A stretch of 26,661 nt of DNA from Octopus sinensis (Eukaryota): NCBI RefSeq assembly GCF_006345805.1, contig NW_021835638.1, positions 1-26,661 on the forward strand, in the 5' to 3' direction. This document shows, piece after piece, positions 10,661 to 21,750 of this stretch; position 1 is the first letter of the stretch, and each line of letters opens with the position of its first letter. The notes under the pieces were generated by a model. The model ran no database searches, was not told where the DNA came from, and saw only the letters and a list, made by a program, of their open reading frames with translations. The position numbers and the translations under genes are program-made.

Positions 10661-11680
10661 GTGTAGGGCCCACTTCTCTTTATTATTTACATCAACGACA
10701 TAGTAGATGTCATCAAACATTCTACATTGAAAATCTTTGCGGGTGATTCCAAACACCAGAAAGCCATAAACGGCATGAGAGACCGAACATGCCTTCAGTC
10801 ATATCTCTTTGCTATTGTCCAATGGGCGGAAAAAAACAATATGCTTTTAAATGAAGATAAGTTTGATTTGATCCACTTGGAAAAGAGGAAACTCTGAAAA
10901 TACTATATGCTCTTCCCTCGGGCGACTCCCTATAGTCATCCAACAACACCAAAGATCTTGGAGTAATTGCTGATAACAATCTAAGCTGAAGTTCCCGCGT
11001 AAACAGATGTGCTCCTGGGTTCTGAGAACTTTCCGGTCTAGAGGTGCCTACACCATCATCCTTTTCTACTCTACTTTTGCTAAACCCCACCTTGAATACT
11101 ATTGCCCACTATGGTCTCCCATACGAAGCAACTCATTATGAAAGTAGAAGTACTTCAGAGGTCAATCACAAGAAAGGTAGACGGCATGAGAAGAATTGAT
11201 TATTGGGTTCGACTAAAAAACTCAATCTCTACTCTCTCCAACGCCGCCAGAAGCGCTACATCATTTTTGTAGTGGAAAATATTCCATCAATATTGCACAA
11301 ATGATGTTGGAACCACTTTTTAACCCCATCCAAGGCTTGGCTCCCATGCAATCCGCCCACTACAAAAATCGAACTCGGTACATATAGCAACATTACGTCA
11401 CAATTACTTTACCTCAACCGGTCAAGCCCTCTTTATTACCATACTAAAATATGTCAAAACGGATACGGATCCCATAAAATTCAAATGTTCACAGGACAAA
11501 TTTCTTCAAAAAATCCCGGACCAACTTCCTACACCCGGATATGTCTCCAACAATAATAATTCTTTGCTAGAGTGGACCATGATGGCCCATATATGACTAA
11601 AAGACTTCACCAGGAGATGCTATTAGGTTAGACATGGCCTGAGCCTATACTGGCCGAAACCTATCAAAGTTATAAAAGTT
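10661..11680 (+). mobile_element. 5'-truncated CR1/L2-group LINE: decayed reverse-transcriptase C-terminal half, 3' UTR and short tandem tail
   Basis: Manual translation across frameshifts: GPLLFIIYINDIVDVIKHSTLKIFAGDSK (FADD mutated)...WAEKNNMLLNEDKF...KDLGVIADNNLS*...PHLEYYCPLWSPY...LNLYSLQRR...DKFLQKIPDQLPTPGYVSNNNNSLLEW, stop at 11594-11596. Tail TATCAAAGTTATAAAAGTT. Confidence 0.9.
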
Positions 11681-11761
11681 ACATGTGAGGTGGTCATGAA
11701 AAGCAATATTTACACTCGTTAGATGGAGTACTCTTTTTTGATGAACTTACACATACTGACC

Positions 11762-11991
11762 AATATATATATATATATATATATGTATATTTGCATTTAT
11801 GTAGGAATATATTTATGTAAATGTATACACACACACACACACACACATATATATATGTATATATACACACTTTTATACATGAATGTATGTAAATATGTAT
11901 GTATGTATATATGTATATATATATATACATATATACATGCATACATGCATACATACATACATACATACATACAACATACATACATACATAC

Positions 11992-12078
<87 letters not shown>

Positions 12079-12092
12079 GTATATGTATATAT
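11762..12092. repeat. Compound (TA)n/(CA)n/(CATA)n microsatellite
   Basis: Directly visible. Confidence 0.95.
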
Positions 12093-12093
12093 A

Positions 12094-13405
12094 CTGGGGC
12101 TGGACAAAATAATGGAAACATTAAAATTTCAAACAAATTTATTTTAATACGGGGCAGGACCGCCTTGGAAGTAATTGCAACTTGAATTCTACGAGGTATG
12201 GACTCGTACAAAGTTTGAATTGTTTTCAAACGAATTTTTGTCCATTCTTCAGCTAGAACAGTCTCCAGTTTTTGTAGTGATGATGGTGGAGGATATCGAC
12301 TCCCTACTTGTTTTTTTTTAAATCGACCATAAATGTTCAATACTACTGAGACCTGGGGACTGTGATGGTCAGGTAAAATGTTCAACTTCACTAGTAACAA
12401 ATTTAGCTGTGTGAATTGGTGAATTTTCATCCTCAAAAATTGCGTTTCCCTCCGAAAACAGTTCCGCAACCATAGCATGAATTTGATCAGATAAAATGCT
12501 TAAATAGTCTTCGCTATTAATTCTGCCATGAAGGGAAACCGCTGGGCCGGCGGATTTCCAAGATATAGTCCCCCAGATCATCACACATCTTCCACCAGGT
12601 TTCAGAGTTGGAAGAAGGCAGTCTGGGTCAAATGCTTCCTTTGGCTGTCTCCACATGTTTATTTGGCCGGTGGTCGGAAATAAGGTAAAGGATGACTCGT
12701 CCGGGAAAATAACATTCTTCCACTGCTTTAGGGACCAATTCTGTAGCTTTTTACTCCATTCTTAACGCTTTGCAACGTTTGATTTTGAAAGCAGTGGTTT
12801 TCTGATTGCAGCATTCCCGTGAAATCCGGCTTTGTGCAGCTCCCAGCGAACAGTTTTTGTGCAAAGTGGGTTCTCAAAGTGGTTATTAAGCTATGCAGTA
12901 ATTTTGGGAGCTGTACTTATGTGATCCTTTCTAACAATTCGTGTAAGAGTCGGAAGAAGGCAGTTTGGGTCGAATGCTCCTTTTGACTGTCTCCACATGT
13001 TTATTTGGCCGGTGGTTCCTATCTGAAAGTTTTGGTTTTCTTCCGGGGTTTTGTTTCGACGAGGAGGATTTTCTCTCTTTCTCAAAGGCTGTCATTACTT
13101 TCGAGACAGTACTTCTTGATACACCAAACATTTCGACTGTTTTCGTTACGTTAACATCTGCCATATGAGCATCAACAATTTGACCGCTTTGAAAGTCCGA
13201 TAGATCAGTCATTTTAATGAATTTTAATTACTTTTTTTTAATGATATCTGAAAAGAAACAGCAATTTTAGCAAAACATATTAAGCAACACTAATAATAAA
13301 TCAAAAAAACATAAAAATAAACAAGCTTTTGACGGTTTAATAGATATTTCAAAATTATGATGCTATGATGATGCTAGGTATTTCCATTATTTTGTCCAAC
13401 CCCTG
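12094..13405 (-). mobile_element. Tc1/mariner (Tc1-like) DNA transposon, full length, inactive
   Basis: TIRs CTGGGGCTGGACAAAATAATGGAAACA (left) and reverse complement CAGGGGTTGGACAAAATAATGGAAATA (right). TA on both sides; sits between (TA)n tracts. Confidence 0.95.
12148..13212 (-). pseudogene. Tc1-family DD34E-type transposase pseudogene
   Basis: MTDLSDFQSGQIV...FGVSRSTVSKV...GRKPKLS (paired-like HTH/GRPR-like), WKNVIFPDESSF, GGRCVMIWG, FEDENSPIHTA, PQSPGLSSIEHLW, LYESIPRRIQVAI. Contains stops and frameshifts. Confidence 0.93.
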
Positions 13406-13478
<73 letters not shown>

Positions 13479-13664
13479 AAATATTAGGGAATAAATCCAA
13501 ACTTACAGGGAAAAATCAGATTTAGGATTAAATCCAATTTTATAGTATAAATATATTATATTATATATATATAAACACATACATTTATATAAATATATTC
13601 ATATATAAATGCACACACACATATATATATATGCTCTCACACACATACCCACCGAGACATGCTT

Positions 13665-13786
13665 ATGTATGTATGTATGTATGTATGTATGTATGTATGT
13701 ATGTATGTATGTATGTATGTATGTATGTATGTGTATGTATGTATGTATGTATGCATGTATGTATGTATGCATGTATGCATGTATGT
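13665..13786. repeat. (TATG)n microsatellite
   Basis: Directly visible. Confidence 0.95.
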
Positions 13787-14114
13787 ACTTTTCGTTGTAG
13801 ACCTTTCGTCTGAGGTGTACGGCAGCGCACAAGTTTGACCAACTAATTTCATTTTATTTTTTTTTTCTACACTCAGTCGATGATTCAGCAGTTGGTGAGT
13901 CATGGACACACTGAAAGCAGGGATCGATTCTGGACCTGTTTGTTAATCCCTGCCTCCGCCCTCGTCGCCATAATGCCCCACTTCTTTCTTTTTTTTTTTT
14001 TCAATAACAACAGGCACATCAATTATTGCTGTTTTGTTCCCCGAAACAACAACAAACAAAATATGAAATAAAAACTAGATAATTGTTCCTACTACCCCTC
14101 CCCACCCTCCGATT

Positions 14115-14206
14115 ACTCGACCACCACTAACGTCACTACCATCACCACCAACCCACCACCTGCATCACAACCAACACTAGCACCACCTGCACTACCACCA
14201 CCTCCG

Positions 14207-14247
<41 letters not shown>

Positions 14248-14433
14248 GTAATAATTATACTTCCATTTTGGCATGATAGCGATAATAATGACTATTTTAT
14301 TGTAACACGAACACAATGCAAAATCAACATTAAATTACTATACAAAATGATCTATCAATCTGTCTGTCTGTCTGTCTGTAATCCGTCCATCTGTCTGTCT
14401 GCCTGTCTCTCTCTCTCCCACTCCCTATGTCCC

Positions 14434-14508
<75 letters not shown>

Positions 14509-14533
14509 GTCTATCTATCTATCTATCTATCTG

Positions 14534-14602
<69 letters not shown>

Positions 14603-14605
14603 ATG
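14115..14605. repeat. (CAC)n/(TAC)n, (TCTG)n and long (CTAT)n microsatellites
   Basis: Directly visible. Confidence 0.92.
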
Positions 14606-14853
14606 TACCTATATATGAATGTATGAGTATATACGTATGTCTATATTTACATCTAAACATACACGTATATATATATATATCATAAGTACATACTTTACAT
14701 GCATATTTGTACACACATATACACACTCATATATATATATATATACAAAAACACACTCACATAAGTATATATATATATGATGGCTTCTTTCAGTTTCCGT
14801 CTACCATATTGAATGCAGAAGCGAGCTACTGCCTTCTCCAGCAGACGAGGTGT

Positions 14854-14903
14854 CCAGTACTGAAGAGAGGCAGAAATAGTCCGAAACCAGGCTGGTCTGC
14901 TAG
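14854..14903 (+). ncRNA. Type I hammerhead ribozyme motif
   Basis: CCAGTA-CTGAAGA-GAGGCAGAAATAGTCC-GAA-ACCAG(G)CTGGT-C-TGCTAG. Canonical CUGANGA and GAAA, palindromic stem III, GUC triplet, stem I CCAGTA/TGCTAG (5 of 6 pairs including one G-U). Stem II is imperfect. Confidence 0.7.
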
Positions 14904-14917
14904 TCCCGTCCAGTATA

Positions 14918-16160
14918 TATATACATGCAGGAAGTAAATAGACTTTCAAAATCTCTCACTTAATACGCAAAGCGAACAATTGAAATGTAATCGATCGGTA
15001 GGACTACATACTTTAGTATTTTGTTTGCAGTTTTTAATTCAGAAACTCTTTTTGGCATTGAACTGATGAGCTTTTTGATTGTCTCTTGTGAAATTTCTGC
15101 CCACTTTTCACGCAACAATCGAAATTATTCATCTTCAGATTTAGGTTTCTGTCGATTTTTTCGTATAGCTCTATCTAGTATACTCCAAAGATTTTCAATT
15201 GGGTTCATGTCAGGAGATTGGCTCGGCCAAGGAAGCTTTCTGATCTCATTTTCAGTCAACCATTGTTGATTCCTTTTCGCTGTGTGGCATGGAACCCCAT
15301 TTTCCATGAATAAAAACTCATTTTTCGTTATCGTGTGAATACATCGGAAGTAGTCCTTGCTTCAGTATATCGATGTACTTTTCAGAGTTTATGATTCCAA
15401 CACATTCGATCAGCTCAGAACGACCATTGCTGGTGACAGCTCCCCATACCATTACAGAGATACTGCCATGTTTCACAGTTGGTTGGAGTCGTTTCAAATC
15501 AAATTCTTGGTTGGGAAGCCCCCAGACCCAAATACGTCCACTGTCTGAAAATAATGCAAATCTGGATACATCTGAGAAAATTACGCCATCCCAAAATGAG
15601 CTAGATTTTTCTGACATCTCCTTAGCCCATTTCTTTCTTTTCGTGATATTAATTGGTTGAAGGAGAGGTTTTCTTCTAGCTGCTCGTCCATAAAACACAA
15701 GCTTATGCAGATATGTAACACACGTTCTTGGACTAACTTCTAGCTGTTTTGCAATGTCAGAAGCCTTGGAATGGGGTTCGTTTTCCACAATTCTCTTCAA
15801 ACAGTGAAGCTTCCTTTCCGAGGGCTCAGGTTGGCTGGGACGAGAATCTGTTGATTCTTTTCCTTGGCTTTTGAATTGCACTATAATTCTATTAAAAGTA
15901 GTAAGAATTTGAAGATTTTCGGCAATTTTTCACTGGCTAAGACCAGCTTCAGATTGCCCAATAATACGATCTCTTTGAAGATCTGACAGTTCTGGTGACT
16001 TTTATGTGCGTGGCATGGTTACTCTTCGCAAATGTTTAACATAATGGCACCTGGAATGAAAATGAATAATTACATTGTAAATTCTACACCACTGAAAATA
16101 TATTAAGACGCTTAGATCAGAAATTTTGAAAATTGAAGGTGTCTATTTACTTCATGCATG

Positions 16161-16166
<6 letters not shown>
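14918..16166 (-). mobile_element. Second, distinct Tc1-like transposon, inactive
   Basis: TIR ACATGCAGGAAGTAAATAGAC (left, ~14923-14943) versus reverse complement ACATGCATGAAGTAAATAGAC (right, ~16141-16161). TA-repeat flanks. The outer left TIR bases are eroded. Confidence 0.9.
15005..16016 (-). pseudogene. Tc1-family DD34E-type transposase pseudogene
   Basis: MPRT*KSPELSDLQRDRIIG..., [59 protein letters not shown]. Confidence 0.93.
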
Positions 16167-16217
<51 letters not shown>

Positions 16218-16519
16218 TACGTCATATCTAAACAAACTTGGCTGGTTGCCGGCAAATTTTTTTGCTCTTAAAAGGTTTTTATCCTTTATATATACTGTTC
16301 AGTATTTACGTGTTGAAAAATATATCATTCTACTTGTTCTAATATGTATATATATATATATAATGCGGCAATGAACACCAAAATGTATCCCAAAGTGCAA
16401 AATAGTTCATCGTGCATTGAGTTTCAGCAGAAACATACGTAGGTGTAGAAATGGAAAAAGGTGATTAAATTAACAACAGAATAAAACTAGGTACATAATC
16501 TCTGTTCTCTTTAATTATT

Positions 16520-16736
<217 letters not shown>

Positions 16737-16820
16737 AAGGGTGGAAAGGAACACACGAGTTGATATATATGAAAAAACAAGTCAAAAATAGAAAATGCTA
16801 AGATAATTTTATAGTGAATC

Positions 16821-16864
16821 TTTCAGTACCGGTTTCGGTCATTTTGAGACCTTTTCAACTGTAA
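16821..16864 (-). ncRNA. Minimal type I hammerhead motif, U3-A8 core variant (left arm)
   Basis: Exact reverse complement of 17685-17728. Confidence 0.75.
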
Positions 16865-17684
16865 CGATTAAATAATTAAATTTAGAAAGATTAGAAGAAA
16901 AGTTTTTTTAAAAGAATATTTCTATAGTAGTGTTCAGATGTAAGTGGCATTCTGCCTTTCTCTGACTCCTTTGTTTGCACTTGTGTGTTCGAGGTCGTTG
17001 TGAGTTCTTGGTAGGGTAGGTGAAGAAGAAGGCTGATGTGGAGAGGGGGTGGGGAAATCTGGGAATGCCTTGATGGTCGTATTTTGAATAGTCAGTGGCG
17101 GACAACAGTCGCAGTTCAATTCAGGAATTGTTTATGGAATTTGCGTAGGCGTTATATTGAAAGACATTAGTGACAAGGTTAAGGGGTAGAAGGTGGAGAA
17201 GTAGAAGAAGAAGAAGAAGATGACGATGTTGATGATGAAGAAGAAGAAGAAGAAGAAGGAGAAGGAGAAGATGATGGTGATGATGGTGGTGATGATGATG
17301 ACGACGATGATGATGATAATGATGATGATGAAGAAGAAGAGGAAGAAGAAGAAAAAAACAGAGAAGGGAGAATATGAATGGGTGAAAGTATAGCTGTGAT
17401 GGGGCTGATTAGTAATGGATTCTATGGAATGTAATATTTGTGTGTGTCCGCCACTGACCATTCAAAATACGACCATCAAGGCATTCCCAGATTTCCCCAC
17501 CCCCTCTCCACATCAGCCTTCTTCTTCACCTACCCTACCAAGAACTCACAACGACCTCGAACACACAAGTGCAAACAAAGGAGTCAGAGAAAGGCAGAAT
17601 GCCACTTACATCTGAACACTACTATAAAAATATTCTTTTAAAAAAACTTTTCTTCTAATTTTTCTAAATTTAATTATTTAATCG

Positions 17685-17728
17685 TTACAGTTGAAAAGGT
17701 CTCAAAATGACCGAAACCGGTACTGAAA
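17685..17728 (+). ncRNA. Minimal type I hammerhead motif, U3-A8 core variant (right arm)
   Basis: TTACAG-TTGAAAA-GGTC(TCAAAAT)GACC-GAA-ACCGGT-A-CTGAAA. Perfect stem II, palindromic stem III ACCGGT, GUA triplet, stem I CAG/CTG. Confidence 0.75.
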
Positions 17729-17774
17729 GATTCACTATAAAATTATCTTAGCATTTTCTATTTTCGACTTGTTT

Positions 17775-17816
<42 letters not shown>

Positions 17817-18414
17817 CATGGGTTTATAGATACAACTACGTTCCAAAGGATGATAAGCAGATAATCGTGTTGACAGGTACAACTAGAAACAAATAGATCT
17901 GTATTCAAAGCTACAATAAGATTCCCATAGAGGAGTAGAAGTTCTGGGGTCATAACTACAAAAGCATGTGAGTGCACAGACACAATAAGGTCCTAAGAGA
18001 TAATTCGAAGATCTGAGCTCATAGATTATCATAAGGTTCCCTAAAATAAATAAAACACATGAATTCGTGTAGATAGCACGATCCTTATAGGTAATTAGAA
18101 GATATAGGTTGATGTACATGATAGGGTTATCTAAAGATAAATGATAGATCAGGGGCTTTGATGATAGCGGTAGCGACGGTGTGATGGCGGCGGTGGAGAT
18201 TGTTATTCTGTGCAGTGAGAAAATCGAATTAGATACGGTAAAGGGGTTAATCCTACACGCTATCTTAGGAACCAAATCTTCTGCACTAATCATTTAGAAC
18301 TACAATTTTCTGCAGGCCAAATTAACCCCAATAATTATATACCCAAATTAGAAAATCTCACGTCAGCTTTCTTTTCTATTGTTTCCCCTTTTCTTTTGTT
18401 CTAAAGTTCCATAT

Positions 18415-18477
18415 TTCCTTCCTTCCTTCCTTCTTTCCTTCCTTCCTTCCTTCCTTCCTTCCTTCCTTCCTTCCTTC

Positions 18478-18535
<58 letters not shown>
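18415..18535. repeat. (CCTT)n-(CTTT)n microsatellite
   Basis: Directly visible. Confidence 0.95.
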
Positions 18536-18536
<1 letters not shown>

Positions 18537-18624
18537 ACACATATATTACAAAAGCGGTTTTTTTTATTGCCACAAAGACACGTAACGAACAACATGAAAT
18601 GGCATCAACAATAAATATTAATAA

Positions 18625-18799
18625 TGGTTTCAAATTTTGGCGCAAGGCCAGCAATTTCAGAGGAAGGGGTATGTCGGTTACATCGGCCCCAGTGCCCAGC
18701 TAGTACTTTACTTATCGTCCCAGAAAGGATGAAAGGCAAAGTCAACCTCGGCGGATTTTGAACTCGAAACTTAAGGACGGACGAAATGCCGCTAAGCAT
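18625..18799 (-). mobile_element. SINE family A, 5'-truncated
   Basis: GAAAGGATGAAAGGCAAAGTCAACCTCGGCGGATTTTGAACTC...GACGGACGAAATGCCGCTAAGCAT on the + strand. Confidence 0.85.
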
Positions 18800-19960
18800 G
18801 CTGACAGAAGGCATATGGTTTCCAAATGGTGAAATGATGAAGGCAATTCAACCTCAATCCAGCTATATATACTTGGGAATACATGAGGTGAATGGAATTA
18901 AACACAACAACATGAAGGAAAAGACAAAAAGACAGTACCTGCTGCAAGTGAGAAAGAATTTCGGCAATAAACTCGCGGTTGTTCGGTATGGCGCTGGAAT
19001 CCCGAAGTGGACAGATGAGGAGCTAAAGGAGGTGAACAGGAAGTCAAGAAAGCTCCTAACGATGCATGAGAAAAAAAGGAAAAGAGAAAAAAGGAAAATA
19101 AAGGAAGAAGTACAAAAAGGACACGAAGAAGAATTACTCAGGAAGGGACTACAAAATCAATTCTATGCAGCCACAACAGAAATTGCTGAAGAACACAGGT
19201 AGGATTGGCTGATGAAAAGAACCCTAAAAAAAATAGACTGAAAGCACTATACTGGCAGCGCAAGACCAAGCTTTGGCCACGGATTCAAGGGTCAACCTTA
19301 GGAATGAACAAGTATCTCCGCTGTGCCGCATCTGTAATAGAGTGGATGAAACCATTGCCCATGCCATTAGACTTACTCAGAATAACTACAAGTTGTGGCG
19401 ACACGATCAAGTAGCGAAAGTGCTACATTGGAAACTGTGCGAAAAATGGGGGCTAGAGAGAGGCAAGACGTGGTATGAGCTCAAACCTCAGAGAGTCTCG
19501 GAGTCGGAGACTAGCAAAATCCCCTGGGATTTCCCAATCCAAACAGATGCGGTGTTAAAGCATAACAGACCGGACCTAGTGATGGTGGACAAGGTGCACC
19601 ACATATGCTATATAGTTGATTTTGCATGCCACTTTGACCCACGAATAGTCAAGAAGGAAGGCGAAAAAAAGGAAAAGATAAATACAACTCTCTTAAGTTC
19701 GAAATAGCCTGTCTATGGAAAATGATGATGATGAAGATTGTACCAATTATTGCTGGGTGCTTGAGAAGAGTATCAGGAAGCATCAACAGGAATATAAAGG
19801 AATATAAATAGAACTGTTACAAAAGGCTTGTCTCCTTGGCACGTCGAGAATAATCAGGAAAGTATTAGATAGCTGCACCGTAGGCTGCAGGTAGTAAGCC
19901 CGCTACGCATGAATGACACCAGGAGTTCCAACAAAATCTGTGATAAAAAGAAATACTAAT
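18800..19960 (+). mobile_element. R4/Dong-clade non-LTR retrotransposon 3' fragment (RT thumb, zinc knuckle, restriction-like endonuclease), decayed
   Basis: SYIYLGI, VVRYGAGI.KWT.EEL..VNRKSRKLLTMH, CRICNRVDETIAH, RHDQVAKVLHWKLC, WDFPIQTD...HNRPDLVMVDK...IVDFAC, ELLQKACLLGTSRIIRKVL. Confidence 0.9.
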
Positions 19961-19989
19961 ATCAAGCACAAAATTTATCACTCAACAGA

Positions 19990-20645
19990 AATAGATAAGT
20001 GAAGAATTTGCAATGAAACTGGTAAGACAGTGTGGCATATTTTAAGCGAATGCTGCAAATTGTCCTAGAATTGATAATAGAAGGAATAACAACGTCGTCA
20101 GAATGATTCCACTGGGAACTATTTAACAAGTTTGGATTGAGAAGAGCGAGAAAATGGTATGAACTTGAGCCAAAGGGTGTGGTGGAAGAAATCAGAGTTA
20201 AGATCCTTTGAGACTCCATGATTCAATGCGATGATAGAATAGAACGTCGAAGATAAGATATTATATTGGTAGACAAGGAAGAAAATGGCATTGCTGATAA
20301 TAGATACCACTTGCTCTGGTGACAGCGGAATTGTCGAAAAAGAAAGATTAAAATTAACGCGTTATGAATATCTGAAGAAAGAAACCAAAAATGTTGGTCA
20401 ACGAAAAGGGTGTACTGGTGCCTAGGAACGGTGAATAAAAATATTTAAAAACTGTCAAGAATGATAGGAATAAAAGTGAAAATAGAACATATCCAGAAAG
20501 CAGTAGTACTGGCAGAGCAAGGGGTCTCTGCAACAATTTCGGACTTGAAATGAAAGTGCCACCTTAGTTGATGGAAAGTGAACAACTCGTACAGTAATAA
20601 GCTGAGTATGATATATATAAAAATAATAATAATAATAATAATAAT
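19990..20645 (+). mobile_element. Second, older R4/Dong-type endonuclease fragment with (TAA)n tail
   Basis: Translation across stops: NNVVRMIPLG../WELFNKFGLRRARKWYELEPKGVVEEIRVKIL*DSMIQCDDRIERRR*DIILVDKE...IEHIQKAVVLA. Confidence 0.75.
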
Positions 20646-20654
20646 CATTATCTT

Positions 20655-20785
20655 TCCTGCTATAGGCACAAGGCCTGCAATTTTGGGTGACAAGGTTAGT
20701 CGATTACGTCGACCACAATGCTCACCTGATATTCTTTTTTTATCGATCCCGAAAGGATGAAAAGTAAAGTTTACCTCGGCAGCAA
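20655..20785 (-). mobile_element. SINE family A 3' part
   Basis: GGCACAAGGCCTGCAATTTT...TATCGATCCCGAAAGGATGAAAAGTAAAGTTTACCTCGGC. Confidence 0.8.
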
Positions 20786-20844
20786 TTATTTTTGCAGGGG
20801 CACAAAGCAAAATATTTGAGAATCTGATATGGATAATTTATTAT

Positions 20845-20880
<36 letters not shown>

Positions 20881-20907
20881 TTAATAATAATAATAATGAT
20901 AATAGTA

Positions 20908-21005
20908 AATTTGCGTGTAATCTGGGAATGAATACAATGAGCTTCTCTGTCCTAGGTGTACGGAAAACACTCGGCGAGAAACGGAAGAAAATCTGAAGAA
21001 AGAAG
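20908..21005 (+). mobile_element. Short 3'-terminal fragment of a (TAA)n-associated LINE family (Dong-like 3' UTR)
   Basis: AATTTGCGTGTAATCTGGGAATGAATACAATGAGCTTCTCTGTCCTAGGTGTACGGAAAACACTCGGCGAGAAACGGAAGAAA. Close copy at 26380-26475 and diverged copy at ~22030-22090 (-). Confidence 0.7.
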
Positions 21006-21019
21006 AAAAAAAAAAGATA

Positions 21020-21285
21020 ATAATGGATCCTACAGTTCTTGTTGGGTCCTTGGGGGTAATATCGAGGCATCAAGAAGAATATCAAGGAAATCGGAATAGA
21101 GTACTCAATAGAGCTGTTACAAAAGGTTTGCCCGCTTGACACGGCCAGAATAGTCAGGAAAGTATTAGATAGTTGCGAAGAACAGATAGTATGGTACCGT
21201 AGGCTGCAGACAGCATGCTCGCTAAGCATGCAAAACTCCGGGAGTTTCAACTAAACCTGAGTTAAAAGAACAATAATATAATAAT
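21020..21285 (+). mobile_element. R4/Dong 3' end, same subfamily as 18800-19960
   Basis: VGSLGVIS...IKEIGIEYSIELLQKVCPLDTARIVRKVLDS and 3' UTR ACCGTAGGCTGCAG...GGAGTTTCAAC, matching 19810-19935. Confidence 0.85.
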
Positions 21286-21641
21286 TTCCAACATGGGCAC
21301 AAAGCATCATATCGGAGGATCAATCCCAGCACTTGACTGGTAATGTTAATAATAAAATTTTCTGTTGTGTTTTTGTAATTATCGCTGTTATTATTTCTAC
21401 AGAAATGAAATTCAGGGCCAATCTTTTATTTTTAGTGATTTAAGGACCAGATAAATGAGGATGGGGGTCTAAGGGGTGGGAATGCCATGAACGGGAGAAA
21501 TAGGGATTTTATCTGTTGCTTGAACAGTAAAACCCTTTAATTACGAGATAATCTTGTTAATCTAGGGAATGAATGCAGTTTCACCACTCATCCCTCTTAA
21601 TTATTGCTATCCTCATCACAGTATAAAAGAAGCATAAACCT

Positions 21642-21656
21642 CCATCATCATCATCA

Positions 21657-21701
<45 letters not shown>

Positions 21702-21750
21702 TATCATCATCATCATCGTCATCGTCGTCGTCATCATTGTCGTCGTCGTT
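21642..21750. repeat. (CAT)n/(CGT)n microsatellite
   Basis: Directly visible. Confidence 0.95.

Larger units (their letters stand above)
16771..17778. mobile_element. Fold-back element with 334-bp near-perfect inverted arms (16771-17104 / 17445-17778), each bearing a hammerhead motif; PLE pseudo-LTR-like, non-coding
   Basis: The arms are reverse complements with about four substitutions by eye. The 340-bp spacer contains (GAA)n/(GAT)n. TA repeats lie at both ends. Confidence 0.9.

Noticed and set aside
11630-11670. GGCC-N12-GGCC-GAAAC resembling hammerhead stem II plus GAAA
   Set aside because: No CUGANGA-like core 5' of the stem; better explained as the LINE 3' UTR stem-loop.
16908-17641. 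Duplicated small ORFs (…PPLTIQNTTIKAFPDF…) as a gene pair
   Set aside because: A by-product of the inverted arms; no coding signature.
17883-18293. 136-aa minus-strand ORF in non-microsatellite sequence
   Set aside because: No recognisable motif; begins next to a (TA)n tract and may be an unclassified repeat. A BLAST search would be needed.
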